From: Treponemataceae bacterium
GTDB lineage: Bacteria > Spirochaetota > Spirochaetia > Treponematales > Rectinemataceae
Direction: 5' to 3'
Assembly (NCBI GenBank): GCA_963677895.2
Contig: CAXXGJ010000018.1
Coordinates: 352,001-416,000 of the forward strand
DNA length: 64,000 nucleotides
Under the pieces are notes generated by a model. It ran no database searches. It saw only the letters and a program-made list of their open reading frames with translations, and had not been told where the DNA came from. Below are positions 39,458 through 49,172 of the stretch, in pieces (position 1 is the first letter of the stretch; each line of letters opens with the position of its first letter). The translations under genes were made by a program, and so were the position numbers.

Positions 39458-40423
39458 ATGTTACGATTTGAAATCCTTCCAAAGGAGCAGGTTGGCGATA
39501 TGGCTTTTCATCGTGACAAAAAATCACTTTTAAAACGGCTTGTCGATCAAAAATATCTGATTGTTCTCCTGCTTCCTGGCCTTCTGTATTATATCATTTT
39601 AAAAGTGGGCCCTATGTTCGGAATGATTATCGCATTCAAACGTTATAATGTGGCGAGTGGAATCTTGGGCAGCCCATGGGTAGGCTTCAAGTATTTTGTG
39701 GATTTCGTAGAAAACCCATACTTTTTCAGGGTCATACGGAATACGGTTTTGCTCTGTTTCTATCAACTCGCGATTGCATTTCCAGTGCCAATATTGTTTG
39801 CTCTGCTTCTGAATGAAATCGGGCATACTCGATTCAAACGACTTGTACAAACTGTAAGTTATCTGCCTCATTTTATCTCGGTAGTGATCGTGATAGGTCT
39901 GCTAAAACAGATGGTTTCCCCGACTTCCGGCATTGTAAATCAAATTATCTCAAGCTTTGGCGGAGACCCTGTAAACTTTTTTATGAAGAAGCAATGGTTT
40001 AGAACTCTATATATAGGGACCGGAGTCTGGCAGGAGATGGGATGGGGGGCGATACTGTATATCTCAGCGATTGCTAACATTGATCCTCAACTATATGAAG
40101 CAGCGAGAATCGATGGAGGTGGAAGATTTAGGTGTATGTGGAGTATCACGATTCCAGGAATTCTTCCAACGATCGTGATTGTGTTCCTACTCAATCTGGG
40201 ACAGATATTGAATATCGGATTCGAGAAAGTGCTTCTCATGTATAATCCTGCAATCTACGAAACGGCTGACCTTATCTCAACATTTGTCTACAGATCAGGG
40301 CTCCAGCAGGGAAACTATAGCTTCGGTGCTGCAGTAGATCTCATGAACGCAGTTGTCACCATCATCATCATAGCCTTCACTAACAAGCTCAGTCGAAAGC
40401 TATCAGACATCAGTCTGTGGTAG
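39458..40423 (+). CDS. Carbohydrate ABC permease (LplB-like)
   Basis: SPWVG, SYLPHFIS, LYEAARIDG. Confidence 0.9.
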   Translation: MLRFEILPKEQVGDMAFHRDKKSLLKRLVDQKYLIVLLLPGLLYYIILKVGPMFGMIIAFKRYNVASGILGSPWVGFKYFVDFVENPYFFRVIRNTVLLCFYQLAIAFPVPILFALLLNEIGHTRFKRLVQTVSYLPHFISVVIVIGLLKQMVSPTSGIVNQIISSFGGDPVNFFMKKQWFRTLYIGTGVWQEMGWGAILYISAIANIDPQLYEAARIDGGGRFRCMWSITIPGILPTIVIVFLLNLGQILNIGFEKVLLMYNPAIYETADLISTFVYRSGLQQGNYSFGAAVDLMNAVVTIIIIAFTNKLSRKLSDISLW

Positions 40424-40432
40424 GAGAAAGCG

Positions 40433-41314
40433 ATGGCAATAAAAGACACTAGCATCCTATCGAGAATATTCTCGGCGCTGAATTTTATAATAATGGTGAT
40501 TATAATGGCGGTCACGCTGTATCCTCTCTGTTATACGATTGCCATTTCGCTCAGCGATGTAACTGCAGTGACGACAAACTCGGTCAAAATCTTGCCAAAA
40601 GGTTTCAACCTGAAGGCGTACCAATACGCAATGGAACAACCCATATTCTGGATCTCGTACCGTAATACTATACTTTATACCGTCGTTGGTACGGCAATAA
40701 ATCTCATTATGACCTTGACGCTAGCTTATGCGATTTCGCGACGAGAACTCCTGTTCCGTAAAACGATAACATTCATAATCATATCAACATTATACTTTCA
40801 GGGCGGTGTCATCTCACGTTTCATCGTCTTTAAGGAACTAGGTCTTTACAACAATATTTGGGCTGTCGTTCTACCGTTCGCCATCACCACGTACAACCTT
40901 GTTGTTGTCCGGACATATATGCAGGGTATCCCTGAAGAGATCCTCGAATCGGTCCGGATAGACGGCGGTAACGACCTGCAAATCTTTACAAAGATCATCA
41001 TCCCACTATCAAAGCCAGTAATTGCAACAATAGGGCTTTTCTATGCCGTAAGTCACTGGAACAGTTACTTTTGGCCAATGGTGCTTCTGCGCGATAAAGA
41101 ACTTCAACCTCTACAAGTACTTCTGCGAGATATGATAACTGAGAACAACCAAATCGGTTCTGGAATGCTCCAAACGGATCTCATATACCAGCCATCGGCA
41201 GAGATGATGATAGCAGCATCCATCGTCATAGCACTTATTCCAATTCTTTGTATCTATCCATTTATCCAACGCTATTTCGTAAAAGGCGCCATGGTAGGGG
41301 CGATGAAAGGATGA
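40433..41314 (+). CDS. Carbohydrate ABC permease (LplC-like)
   Basis: ESVRIDG, PLSKP, HWNSYF, YPFIQRYF. Confidence 0.9.
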   Translation: MAIKDTSILSRIFSALNFIIMVIIMAVTLYPLCYTIAISLSDVTAVTTNSVKILPKGFNLKAYQYAMEQPIFWISYRNTILYTVVGTAINLIMTLTLAYAISRRELLFRKTITFIIISTLYFQGGVISRFIVFKELGLYNNIWAVVLPFAITTYNLVVVRTYMQGIPEEILESVRIDGGNDLQIFTKIIIPLSKPVIATIGLFYAVSHWNSYFWPMVLLRDKELQPLQVLLRDMITENNQIGSGMLQTDLIYQPSAEMMIAASIVIALIPILCIYPFIQRYFVKGAMVGAMKG

Positions 41315-41368
41315 CCAACCCGTATGGGTCGATCGATATTCGGAAGATTAGGTTACAAGGAGAGACAC

Positions 41369-42940
41369 ATGAGAAAGTCCTTGATGATGTCGCTATTCCT
41401 GCTTTTCATCCTATGCGTATCGACCGCAGTTTTCGCGGAAGACCAAAGCACTGCAAAGCCGGTGCTGAGGATGCTATGCATAGTCGACAAAAATACACCA
41501 GATATAGACAATGTCGTGAAGCAAGCGATAGAAAAAAAGTTCAATGTTGAGCTCAAGCTGGAAAAAAGCGGCTCTGAAACAGCACATTTCGACAAGCTCC
41601 ACTTGTTGTTGGCTGCAGACGATCTGCCCGATATTGTGGCTGGATTTCAGGCCACCGAAGGCAAAACTGCTGGAATGAAAGGCGCACTCCTCGCATTCAA
41701 TAAATACCAGAGTATTATGCCGAATTTCTTCAAGTGGATGAAAACAGACAAGAATGCAATCCAAAATATCACTGCTGGAGATGGTAATATCTACTCTGCA
41801 CCTCGTTACGACCTCTTTCTGAGAGTCAATCGTGTCCCAATAATGAGAGTTGATCTCCTTAAGAAACTCAACCTTCCCATCCCGAAAACTTTCGATGAGC
41901 TATACAATACGCTCAAGGCAATAAAAGCGAAGTATCCTAGCAACCTTGGCATGTATAGCAACTTCGGGTACCAAGACCTCACTAATTGGGGATTTTACTT
42001 CAATACGAACGTAGGGTATGGATCAGTATCTGGTATGTACTACGACCGATATCAAGATAAATGGGTATACGGTCCAACGAACGAAGGGTACCTCGAGGAG
42101 ATCACGTTCTTCAATAAACTCTGGAAGGATAAGCTCATGGATCCAGAGTTCTTTACTACAACCACAAAAATGTACAATGAGAAAGCGACAAATGGCAACG
42201 TTGCTGTCGTTATGACGACGGACGATGCTTCATGGAAAATGGAGCTCCAGCATAAAATAGCGTATCCCACTTCTGATCTTGACTACGAAATCGTTATCCC
42301 TTTCAGATCAATATCTCTTCCTGAACCGGCAGTATCGATGCGTCAATATGTGAATTCGCCATGGAGTTGGTCTGTTTCTGCGAAAACAAAATACCCGGAA
42401 CTTGTATGCCGCATCATTGACTGGATGTACTCGGAAGAAGGTAGCTTTCAGACAACCGCTGGTTTCGAAGGCGTCCAATATACCTTTACTCAACAGAACG
42501 GTAAGCGTGTTTGGAAGTTTCTTCCTGAGATCATCCGTGAGTACAACCCCGATGGTAAGTACGATCCGCGCCCGAAGTATGCTTTGCGACACCCCTACTG
42601 GGTACGTCTGAACCGTGACTATTACGAAGAGTTCACACCAGAAAACGACTTCATCCAGCAGCACAACGAAACGCTCCAAGCTATGTACAAGCTGCCTGGG
42701 TATCAGAGGAACAACGACAATATCGAGCTCACTTTCTCAGACGAACAAAACGATGAGATGCAGAAAATCTTAACCAACTTACAGACGTATGTGGATGAGA
42801 ACACAGTTAATTTTATTATTGGCGAGAGACCGCTCTCTGAATACCCAGCTTTCAAGAAGGAAATGGAGAAGTTCGGGTCTAAGAAGCTTGAATCGATCTA
42901 CGCTGCGTCGTATGCCATATGGAAGAAATACGCAAAATAA
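41369..42940 (+). CDS. Extracellular solute-binding protein (family 1)
   Basis: RBS AAGGAG before ATG 41369; signal peptide; DLPD, DGNIY, P.TFDEL. Confidence 0.87.
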   Translation: MRKSLMMSLFLLFILCVSTAVFAEDQSTAKPVLRMLCIVDKNTPDIDNVVKQAIEKKFNVELKLEKSGSETAHFDKLHLLLAADDLPDIVAGFQATEGKTAGMKGALLAFNKYQSIMPNFFKWMKTDKNAIQNITAGDGNIYSAPRYDLFLRVNRVPIMRVDLLKKLNLPIPKTFDELYNTLKAIKAKYPSNLGMYSNFGYQDLTNWGFYFNTNVGYGSVSGMYYDRYQDKWVYGPTNEGYLEEITFFNKLWKDKLMDPEFFTTTTKMYNEKATNGNVAVVMTTDDASWKMELQHKIAYPTSDLDYEIVIPFRSISLPEPAVSMRQYVNSPWSWSVSAKTKYPELVCRIIDWMYSEEGSFQTTAGFEGVQYTFTQQNGKRVWKFLPEIIREYNPDGKYDPRPKYALRHPYWVRLNRDYYEEFTPENDFIQQHNETLQAMYKLPGYQRNNDNIELTFSDEQNDEMQKILTNLQTYVDENTVNFIIGERPLSEYPAFKKEMEKFGSKKLESIYAASYAIWKKYAK

Positions 42941-42994
42941 TGGAAATGGCCACCGGCTTATGACGGTGGCTGATGAAAATAATGTAGCGAACGA

Positions 42995-44443
42995 ATGGAA
43001 ACAAGCAGGAGTATCATGGAAAACTTTATAGAGAAGCAACGGACCATACCCGTCGCCGGCATATATGATGTACTTATAGCGGGAGGCGGAGTCTCGGGAT
43101 TCTCAGCAGCGATCGCCGCCGCAAGAACAGGGGCCAAAACCCTAATCATTGAGAGATTAGGTTGGCTCGGCGGATTCCTTGATTCCGGATGGGGGGCTGG
43201 TACAGTCGGCTATGTCTTCAACGACAACAACGGTGAGACAATCCTCAAGGGAATCTGTTGGGAAATACTTGAACGACTCAAAGCAAAGGGATGGGCGATG
43301 GGAGCGGGAGAGCGGAGGTTTCTTAGGAATACGTGGCCGTACGAGACGGACAACCGGGTATTCCGGCCGCAAATCATGCAAGAACCGGCCAAAGCAGTGG
43401 TCATGCAGATGGTCGAGGAAGCTGGAGCCCAGATACTCCTTCATACTTGGATATCGGATGTAATTATGGAGAATGGAGAAGTTCAAGGCCTTGTGGTGGA
43501 GAACAAATCCGGGCGTCAAGCGATTTTCGCCAAAGTGACTGTGGATTGTACCGGTGATGGAGATGTTGCGTTCAAGGCCGGAGCGCCAATGGAGATTCTG
43601 CCCGCAAACCAGAGATACCAGGTAACCAGGAACCTTACACTTGTGAACGTAGACACCAAGACAATCCGCGAAAACATTGTAAAAAATACGGACCATTACT
43701 CTTACCTCATGGAGCCAATCAACGTCCCTGAAGGAATGCAGCATCCAATAAACGGGACTGAATTTCCGATCGAACGGCTCGAGGTTACCGAGGATGGACG
43801 CCATCTGAAAGGTGGACCAGGTTCGCACAGCTTCAACGGTGTTGGTATTCTTCAGGGAGTAAGTCAGATCGGAGCGAGTTTGGACGACGTAGATGCTACC
43901 GATGCCTGGGAGATCACGAAAGCAGAGATAGTGCTCCGGAAGAAGCTCATTGAACACTGGGAAAAGCTTCGAAAGGAACGACCTGAATATAGAAACTGCT
44001 TACTAGTCGCCGGATCGCTGGATCTGGGGGTCCGCGAGTCGAGGCGGCTCAAAGGCGAGTATTTCCTAAGTGAACGGGATATCGCTGAAGGACGGCGATT
44101 CAAGGATGCTATTGCACAGTCGATGATCGCACTCGATTGCCATCACCGAGGTGGTAACTGGGAGGAGGTTGCCCCGAAGGGTGCATATGACCTTCCCTAT
44201 AGGATAATGCTTCCACAAGGAGTCAACGGGCTGCTTGTCTCGGGGCGTTGTTCTTCCATAGATCACCTAGCGCATGCGGCAGTTAGGAAGATCCCAAACT
44301 GCATGGCGCTCGGCCAAGCTGCAGGCGCGGCAGCAGCGCTCTGCGCGAAACGATGCGAGACGCCTAGAAATCTAGATATCCGCGAACTCCAGCGGCTGCT
44401 TATCTCTCAGGGAGTACCGCTAGTTGTCGATACTTCGGTTTAG
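42995..44443 (+). CDS. FAD-dependent oxidoreductase (FAD_oxidored family)
   Basis: GGGVSG, VDCTGDGD, GVRESRR, YDLPYR, SGRC.S. Confidence 0.88.
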   Translation: METSRSIMENFIEKQRTIPVAGIYDVLIAGGGVSGFSAAIAAARTGAKTLIIERLGWLGGFLDSGWGAGTVGYVFNDNNGETILKGICWEILERLKAKGWAMGAGERRFLRNTWPYETDNRVFRPQIMQEPAKAVVMQMVEEAGAQILLHTWISDVIMENGEVQGLVVENKSGRQAIFAKVTVDCTGDGDVAFKAGAPMEILPANQRYQVTRNLTLVNVDTKTIRENIVKNTDHYSYLMEPINVPEGMQHPINGTEFPIERLEVTEDGRHLKGGPGSHSFNGVGILQGVSQIGASLDDVDATDAWEITKAEIVLRKKLIEHWEKLRKERPEYRNCLLVAGSLDLGVRESRRLKGEYFLSERDIAEGRRFKDAIAQSMIALDCHHRGGNWEEVAPKGAYDLPYRIMLPQGVNGLLVSGRCSSIDHLAHAAVRKIPNCMALGQAAGAAAALCAKRCETPRNLDIRELQRLLISQGVPLVVDTSV

Positions 44444-44593
44444 GATCTCTACGACACCCGCATTTCAGTAACCAGCCCCAGGCGATGCACACGATTGCCC
44501 GGGGCCCTTATATAGCGTCCGCTTCTTTAGAAACAGTCGTTAAAAAACAGAAATTTAATGAAATGCAGTTTATGCGATGATTATGGAGGTTTT

Positions 44594-45265
44594 ATGATTC
44601 ATCAGAAAAAATCAATTTTCGTTATTCATACGAGTTTTGTTTCAGTTGATCACTTAAAGGCGCTTTTCACTGAAATCATACCAGAAGCTATCGTCAACCA
44701 TATAGTCGACGATAGTCTTCTAGCTGATGTCACAGTCAACGGCAAGATTACTCCAGCTATCGTTCGTCGAATCTGCTTTTATGCACAATCCGCGGAAGCT
44801 CGCGGCGCTGATCTTGTTGTTAACCAATGTTCTTCAGTTGGCGAGGCAGTCAATATCGCTCGGGCAACGATCGGAATCCCTTATATTAAAATTGACGAGC
44901 CTATGGCAGCCGAGGCAGTACGGTTGGGTCATCGGATTGCGGTAATCGCCACAGTAGCAAGTACAGTAAAGCCTAGTGTTGGGCTGGTGAAGGAGGCGGC
45001 TACAGCTGCCGGAAAAGAAATCGTAGTCAATGAATATCTAGTGGATGGCGCAATGGAAATCTTGATAAAAGAAGGCAATCGCGAGAAACATAACAAACTT
45101 GTGTTGGCTGCGATCGAAAAAGCTCAATTGGAAAACGATGTAATTGTGCTTGCTCAAGGTAGTATGGTCGTGTTACTGCCTCTTTTGGGCAAAATAAAAA
45201 TTCCAGTACTGAGCAGCCCGCGTCTAGGTGTTGAAAATGCAAAAAGGGTTCTTGGACTTTTGTAG
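44594..45265 (+). CDS. Asp/Glu/hydantoin racemase family protein
   Basis: IHT, QCSS, IDEPMA, ATVAST, VLAQGSM, PVLSSP. Confidence 0.8.
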   Translation: MIHQKKSIFVIHTSFVSVDHLKALFTEIIPEAIVNHIVDDSLLADVTVNGKITPAIVRRICFYAQSAEARGADLVVNQCSSVGEAVNIARATIGIPYIKIDEPMAAEAVRLGHRIAVIATVASTVKPSVGLVKEAATAAGKEIVVNEYLVDGAMEILIKEGNREKHNKLVLAAIEKAQLENDVIVLAQGSMVVLLPLLGKIKIPVLSSPRLGVENAKRVLGLL

Positions 45266-45382
45266 CCTGAGAGAGTTTACATGATTGATAACTAAAATTA
45301 GTTATCCGCAAGGTTATTATTTCATTGTCAGCTATTGAATACAGACATTGTGCGAGAATAAATGAAATAGTGGAGGATTTGC

Positions 45383-46423
45383 ATGGAAGGTTATTTTAAG
45401 CGAGTTCAGCACGAGACCGCGAGCCGATTTTGGATAAACAACGTTACGAGAAAGGAAGCAGCGCTGGCTATCGATGCCGGAGCGGTGGGGTGTACGCAGA
45501 ACCCTTCCTATATCTGGAAAATGCTTACATCTGAGGATGAACATGAATTCGCGGAAACGAAACTAACGAAAATTCTGCAAACCACAAGCGATGACAATGA
45601 AGCACTGGAAATATTGCAGCGCGAATTAGTAGGAAATATTGCTTATCTTTTCAGACCCATGTATGAAGCTTCGGGAGGTGAGATAGGTTATGTGAGTATT
45701 CAGGGTGATCCCTTCGACGAAAGCCGTGAGACAATCCTCAGACTGGCCCGTGAGAACAGGAAAATGGGGCCGAATATCATGATCAAGATTCCGGTTACGG
45801 AGGGAGGACTCGAGGCTGTGCGGGAATGCATTAGCGAAGGCATACCTGTTAACGCCACCGAAGTAATGAGTCTTCACCAGGCTATGGATCTTTGCGATGT
45901 GTACGATGAAGCGACGAAAGGGATGGCCTATCCGCCGAAAGTTTATTTGTCGCATATCGCGGGGATATTTGACGAGTATCTGGCACATGCAGTAGCTGCG
46001 GCTAATATTGATGTCTCGTCAGACCATTTGCATCAGGCGGGCAAGATTATCGCCAAGAAAATTCGATCCTACATGGACTGCCGCGTCACTAAGGTCGGGT
46101 TCATTAACGGCGGCGCTCGCGGACTTCATCATTTTACTGAGTGGGTTGGCGCGAATATTTCAACAACGATCAACTGGAAGGGTACGGCTGAGGATCTTAT
46201 TCATCTCGATCCTCCAATTGTAAGCCGTTTTGATACCCCGATCCCAGATGCAGTGGTGGATTCCCTTATTTTGAAGGTGGAAGATTTCGCCCGTGCCTAC
46301 TGGCCCGGCGGGCTCGAGCCGCACGAATACGAAGAATTCGGGCCCGTTGTCCTTTTCTGCTCCAGCTTTAGAAAAGCTTGGGAAAATTCTTTGGCTCGTA
46401 TCGCCGAAATCCGGAAAGCCTAA
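45383..46423 (+). CDS. Transaldolase family protein
   Basis: FWINN, GCTQNP, VSIQ, MIKIP (Schiff-base Lys), NATE. Confidence 0.82.
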   Translation: MEGYFKRVQHETASRFWINNVTRKEAALAIDAGAVGCTQNPSYIWKMLTSEDEHEFAETKLTKILQTTSDDNEALEILQRELVGNIAYLFRPMYEASGGEIGYVSIQGDPFDESRETILRLARENRKMGPNIMIKIPVTEGGLEAVRECISEGIPVNATEVMSLHQAMDLCDVYDEATKGMAYPPKVYLSHIAGIFDEYLAHAVAAANIDVSSDHLHQAGKIIAKKIRSYMDCRVTKVGFINGGARGLHHFTEWVGANISTTINWKGTAEDLIHLDPPIVSRFDTPIPDAVVDSLILKVEDFARAYWPGGLEPHEYEEFGPVVLFCSSFRKAWENSLARIAEIRKA

Positions 46424-46557
46424 GTAATTCATGGCTTTTGATATTAGCGTATCGTTCGATTATATAGTTTGCCCAAGTAAATAGCCCTGATTTGTTGTCT
46501 TCGGAGCTTTTTATGGATCTTGTATGAAACCGAGATACCGGTTATTGAAGGACCCAT

Positions 46558-46779
46558 TCAAGTTTGAAGCGCAAAAGGAACATGCAGGAAAAGCTCACAC
46601 GGAGTCCGAAAGCTAAGTGATTTCCTTTGTCGATTATTGATCTTCTCAACATAAATCGCAAGCTGCTTTTGGGTCGGATAATCAAGGCGCATATTCTTAG
46701 ACAAATACTGGAGAAGAAGTCCATTGGTATGTTCATTAAGGCCACGCTCCCAAGAATGATCTGGATGAGCGAAAAATAT
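46558..46779 (-). pseudogene. IS30-family transposase C-terminal remnant with right end
   Basis: A frame missing from the ORF track reads FFAHPDHSWERGLNEHTNGLLLQY...INNRQRKSLSFRTPCELF...ALQT*. Confidence 0.8.
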
Positions 46780-46909
46780 TAATGTATTAATTGCTTTCGA
46801 TAACGTAAACTATCTTTCGCACATTTAGAAGGTTTAAAAGAGACACCCTCATCTTGTTAAGTTGAGTTGCCAGACAAAACTTGGCAAAAAAGAGGGCGCC
46901 ATGCAATAC

Positions 46910-48229
46910 CTAAGCTACTACCTTTGTTATCTCTTTTTCTCTCTTGAGCATCTTTACGAAAGCCTTTTTTGTTGCAGCAGCCACAGCGAGCACGTCGACT
47001 TCCTTCTTATGCCCGGCGTAGACATTGAATACTGCTGAACTGTTGTGCCCGGTCACCGTCTTAAGCTTTTTCTCGTCTACATAGAGGCAGACATTGCTCG
47101 TGTAATAGTGTCTCCAGGAATGGAAGTCGATGTTTCGTTCTTTTCTCTGCTCGTTGCTGATTCCTATGCTTTCCATGGCACTCACGAGTCCGTTCAGCAT
47201 GTTGTCGCCTAAGGCAGGCTTGTCCGGCTCGGTCCCATAAAATACATAGTTGGTATCGCTGTTGTCATGGAGGTTCTTTTGCAGAAGCATCAAGAGTTCA
47301 TCCTTGATCTCCTTTATTAAGAGCACGATTCGTAACTTGTTGTTCTTGGGCTTCTTCCTGCCATCCATCTCGGTCCAGTTCCATACTTCCAGCGAGGATT
47401 CCTTTATATTTATTCTCTGTATCCCTAGGCATCCTCCAAGCCTTAGTCCGGTTGTGCATACCAGGATATTCCTCACTCTCGCCATCTCGTCTTTCCAGAC
47501 AGCTATAGAGAAGAGCTTCTGTACCTCTTCATCAGTCAGTATCCCCCGTTCCTCATTTGTTTCGGAGATCCTCTCCAGGCTCTCTGCGGGATTACTGGCA
47601 ATCAACTTGTTTTTCTTGGCCCATTTGAGCGGTGTGGTGCCGGCGAGCATGGTCTTGTTGATGGTTGCATCGGCGAGTCCTTTTTCCGAAAGTTGCACAC
47701 AGAGCTGCTTCAGCTCCAGTTCGGTGATCGATGACATCATCCTTCCCCTAAATGCTTCCCAATGCGTCAGCCGGTGCGCCATGTCGTAACAATGTTTTTT
47801 TGTGATGGATTTCTTGTGCACGAGGCGATCTTTGACATAGGTGGATTTTTCATAGTTCCAGAAGTTTTCAAAGAATGGCAGGAATTCCACATCGCCGGGG
47901 TTCGTTACCCTTGGCAGAACGTTTACAAGGCCGCGGGATTCAAGGATTTTAACGATTTCTTCAGCCTCTTCCTTCAGGAGCGGCGCTTTTTTAACAGCTG
48001 ATAGAATGCTCTCACTTTTCAGATATTCACGCAATTCTATCTTTGATCTAGACTTACGTGCTGGGATTCCATTTTTTGCCCATTCCATGACGATCGCGAG
48101 CGCTTTCAGCTTATCCTTTGTTCCCGTACTTTTGGCTGTTGTCCACCTTCCTGAATTGGGAATCTTGAATAGGACATTCCAGTATTTGCCTCGTTTCCGT
48201 AGGAGAAAATTAGATGGTTCAGGATTCAT
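46910..48229 (-). CDS. Tyrosine recombinase/integrase
   Basis: TGLR, K, FHSWRH, TGH and Y catalytic set; N-terminal arm-binding-like region; adjacent to the tRNA fragment; probable start ATG 48229. Confidence 0.92.
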   Translation of the reverse strand: MNPEPSNFLLRKRGKYWNVLFKIPNSGRWTTAKSTGTKDKLKALAIVMEWAKNGIPARKSRSKIELREYLKSESILSAVKKAPLLKEEAEEIVKILESRGLVNVLPRVTNPGDVEFLPFFENFWNYEKSTYVKDRLVHKKSITKKHCYDMAHRLTHWEAFRGRMMSSITELELKQLCVQLSEKGLADATINKTMLAGTTPLKWAKKNKLIASNPAESLERISETNEERGILTDEEVQKLFSIAVWKDEMARVRNILVCTTGLRLGGCLGIQRINIKESSLEVWNWTEMDGRKKPKNNKLRIVLLIKEIKDELLMLLQKNLHDNSDTNYVFYGTEPDKPALGDNMLNGLVSAMESIGISNEQRKERNIDFHSWRHYYTSNVCLYVDEKKLKTVTGHNSSAVFNVYAGHKKEVDVLAVAAATKKAFVKMLKREKEITKVVA

Positions 48230-48397
48230 CTCGGCACCCCTTAGTCGTTTGACGAGAGATACGGAGTATTGGAAGCGGGTCAATCCCGGCTTTCAGGAAG
48301 CTTGCATTTCAAACTCTTCATTTCACAGTGCTCATGCAAGCAGTTCCTACCAAGGATTGCTTTTTCTGCAACTCATAATGCCATGAAGGAATACGTT

Positions 48398-48442
48398 AGC
48401 CGAAGCCGGGAATCGAACCCGGTACCTGCGCATTACGAGTGC
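48398..48442 (-). tRNA. 3' half of tRNA-Thr(CGT), att-site fragment and not a complete gene
   Basis: Minus strand GCACTCGTAATGCGCAGGTACCGGGTTCGATTCCCGGCTTCGGCT gives anticodon loop CTCGTAA, T-arm and acceptor 3' strand; no D-arm or 5' acceptor upstream. Confidence 0.85.
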
Positions 48443-48600
48443 ATATTCTATTAAGCATGCAGTAGCTTACACTACTATAGTATTTACATAATTCGTTTCA
48501 GTCAATAGATATACTTTCTATAGCGTTACTTTTGGTTGCTTAGTCTCGCTCAATTTATTAAGCAATTTTGGTCAACTTTGCTACCGATTTTGCTACAGGA
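48426..48600. repeat. att core plus island-end repeat family A, copy 2
   Basis: Homologous to 1433-1595; tandem TTTGCTAC x2 arm-like sites. Confidence 0.8.
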
Positions 48601-48680
48601 TTTTGCGTAAACTTTTAAAATGATCAATTTTGATTTGTTAAGCATTATATGGTTTAAAGCTCCCTAGGTAAGAGAATAGG

Positions 48681-48840
48681 ACCTAAATACATATATAATA
48701 TTGATATAAAAAGCTTATCACAGGGTGCTATGATTTCTTTCTGTAAAAGTACTTATTTCTGCCAATATCATAAGTAGCCGCTGTTATTGCTCATCATTAT
48801 TCTCGATTTCTATAAATATTGCTTAAGTATTTTATTAGTA
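48681..48840. repeat. Island-end repeat family B, copy 3
   Basis: Homologous to 1016-1185 and 1717-1880. Confidence 0.75.
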
Positions 48841-49172
48841 ATAAATTATCGAGTCTTGTTACTTATTAAGATCGAACGCATATCCATAGCAGCTAATCCA
48901 CGACTCTCGGTTTTTTATATCAAATTGGTGATAGCGAAATCGATACTAAACCGACCGAACCGCCCAATGGTTTTACGTTTCAGTCCCATAGGGGTGAGGA
49001 CGATATTAATGATACTTAGGATTTCGTGAATTAATGACATGCAGTATAGGTTACCATTCGGTCTGGTCAAAAAGACTGAGTCAACATGGCCCTTGGTGCT
49101 ATCCTCATGCTAGCACCAGGAAGCGCGGAGCGAGCCCCGATGTTAGCTTCGCTCCGTCCTTCAATCTGAGGT

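Larger units (their letters stand above)
1433..48443. mobile_element. ~47-kb genomic island integrated at a tRNA-Thr(CGT)-derived site
   Basis: 18-bp direct repeats at both ends, tyrosine integrase beside the tRNA 3' half, mosaic base composition and many IS inside. Confidence 0.7.

Noticed and set aside
48398..48442. Functional tRNA-Thr gene
   Set aside because: The 5' acceptor strand and D-arm are absent; only the 3' half is present.
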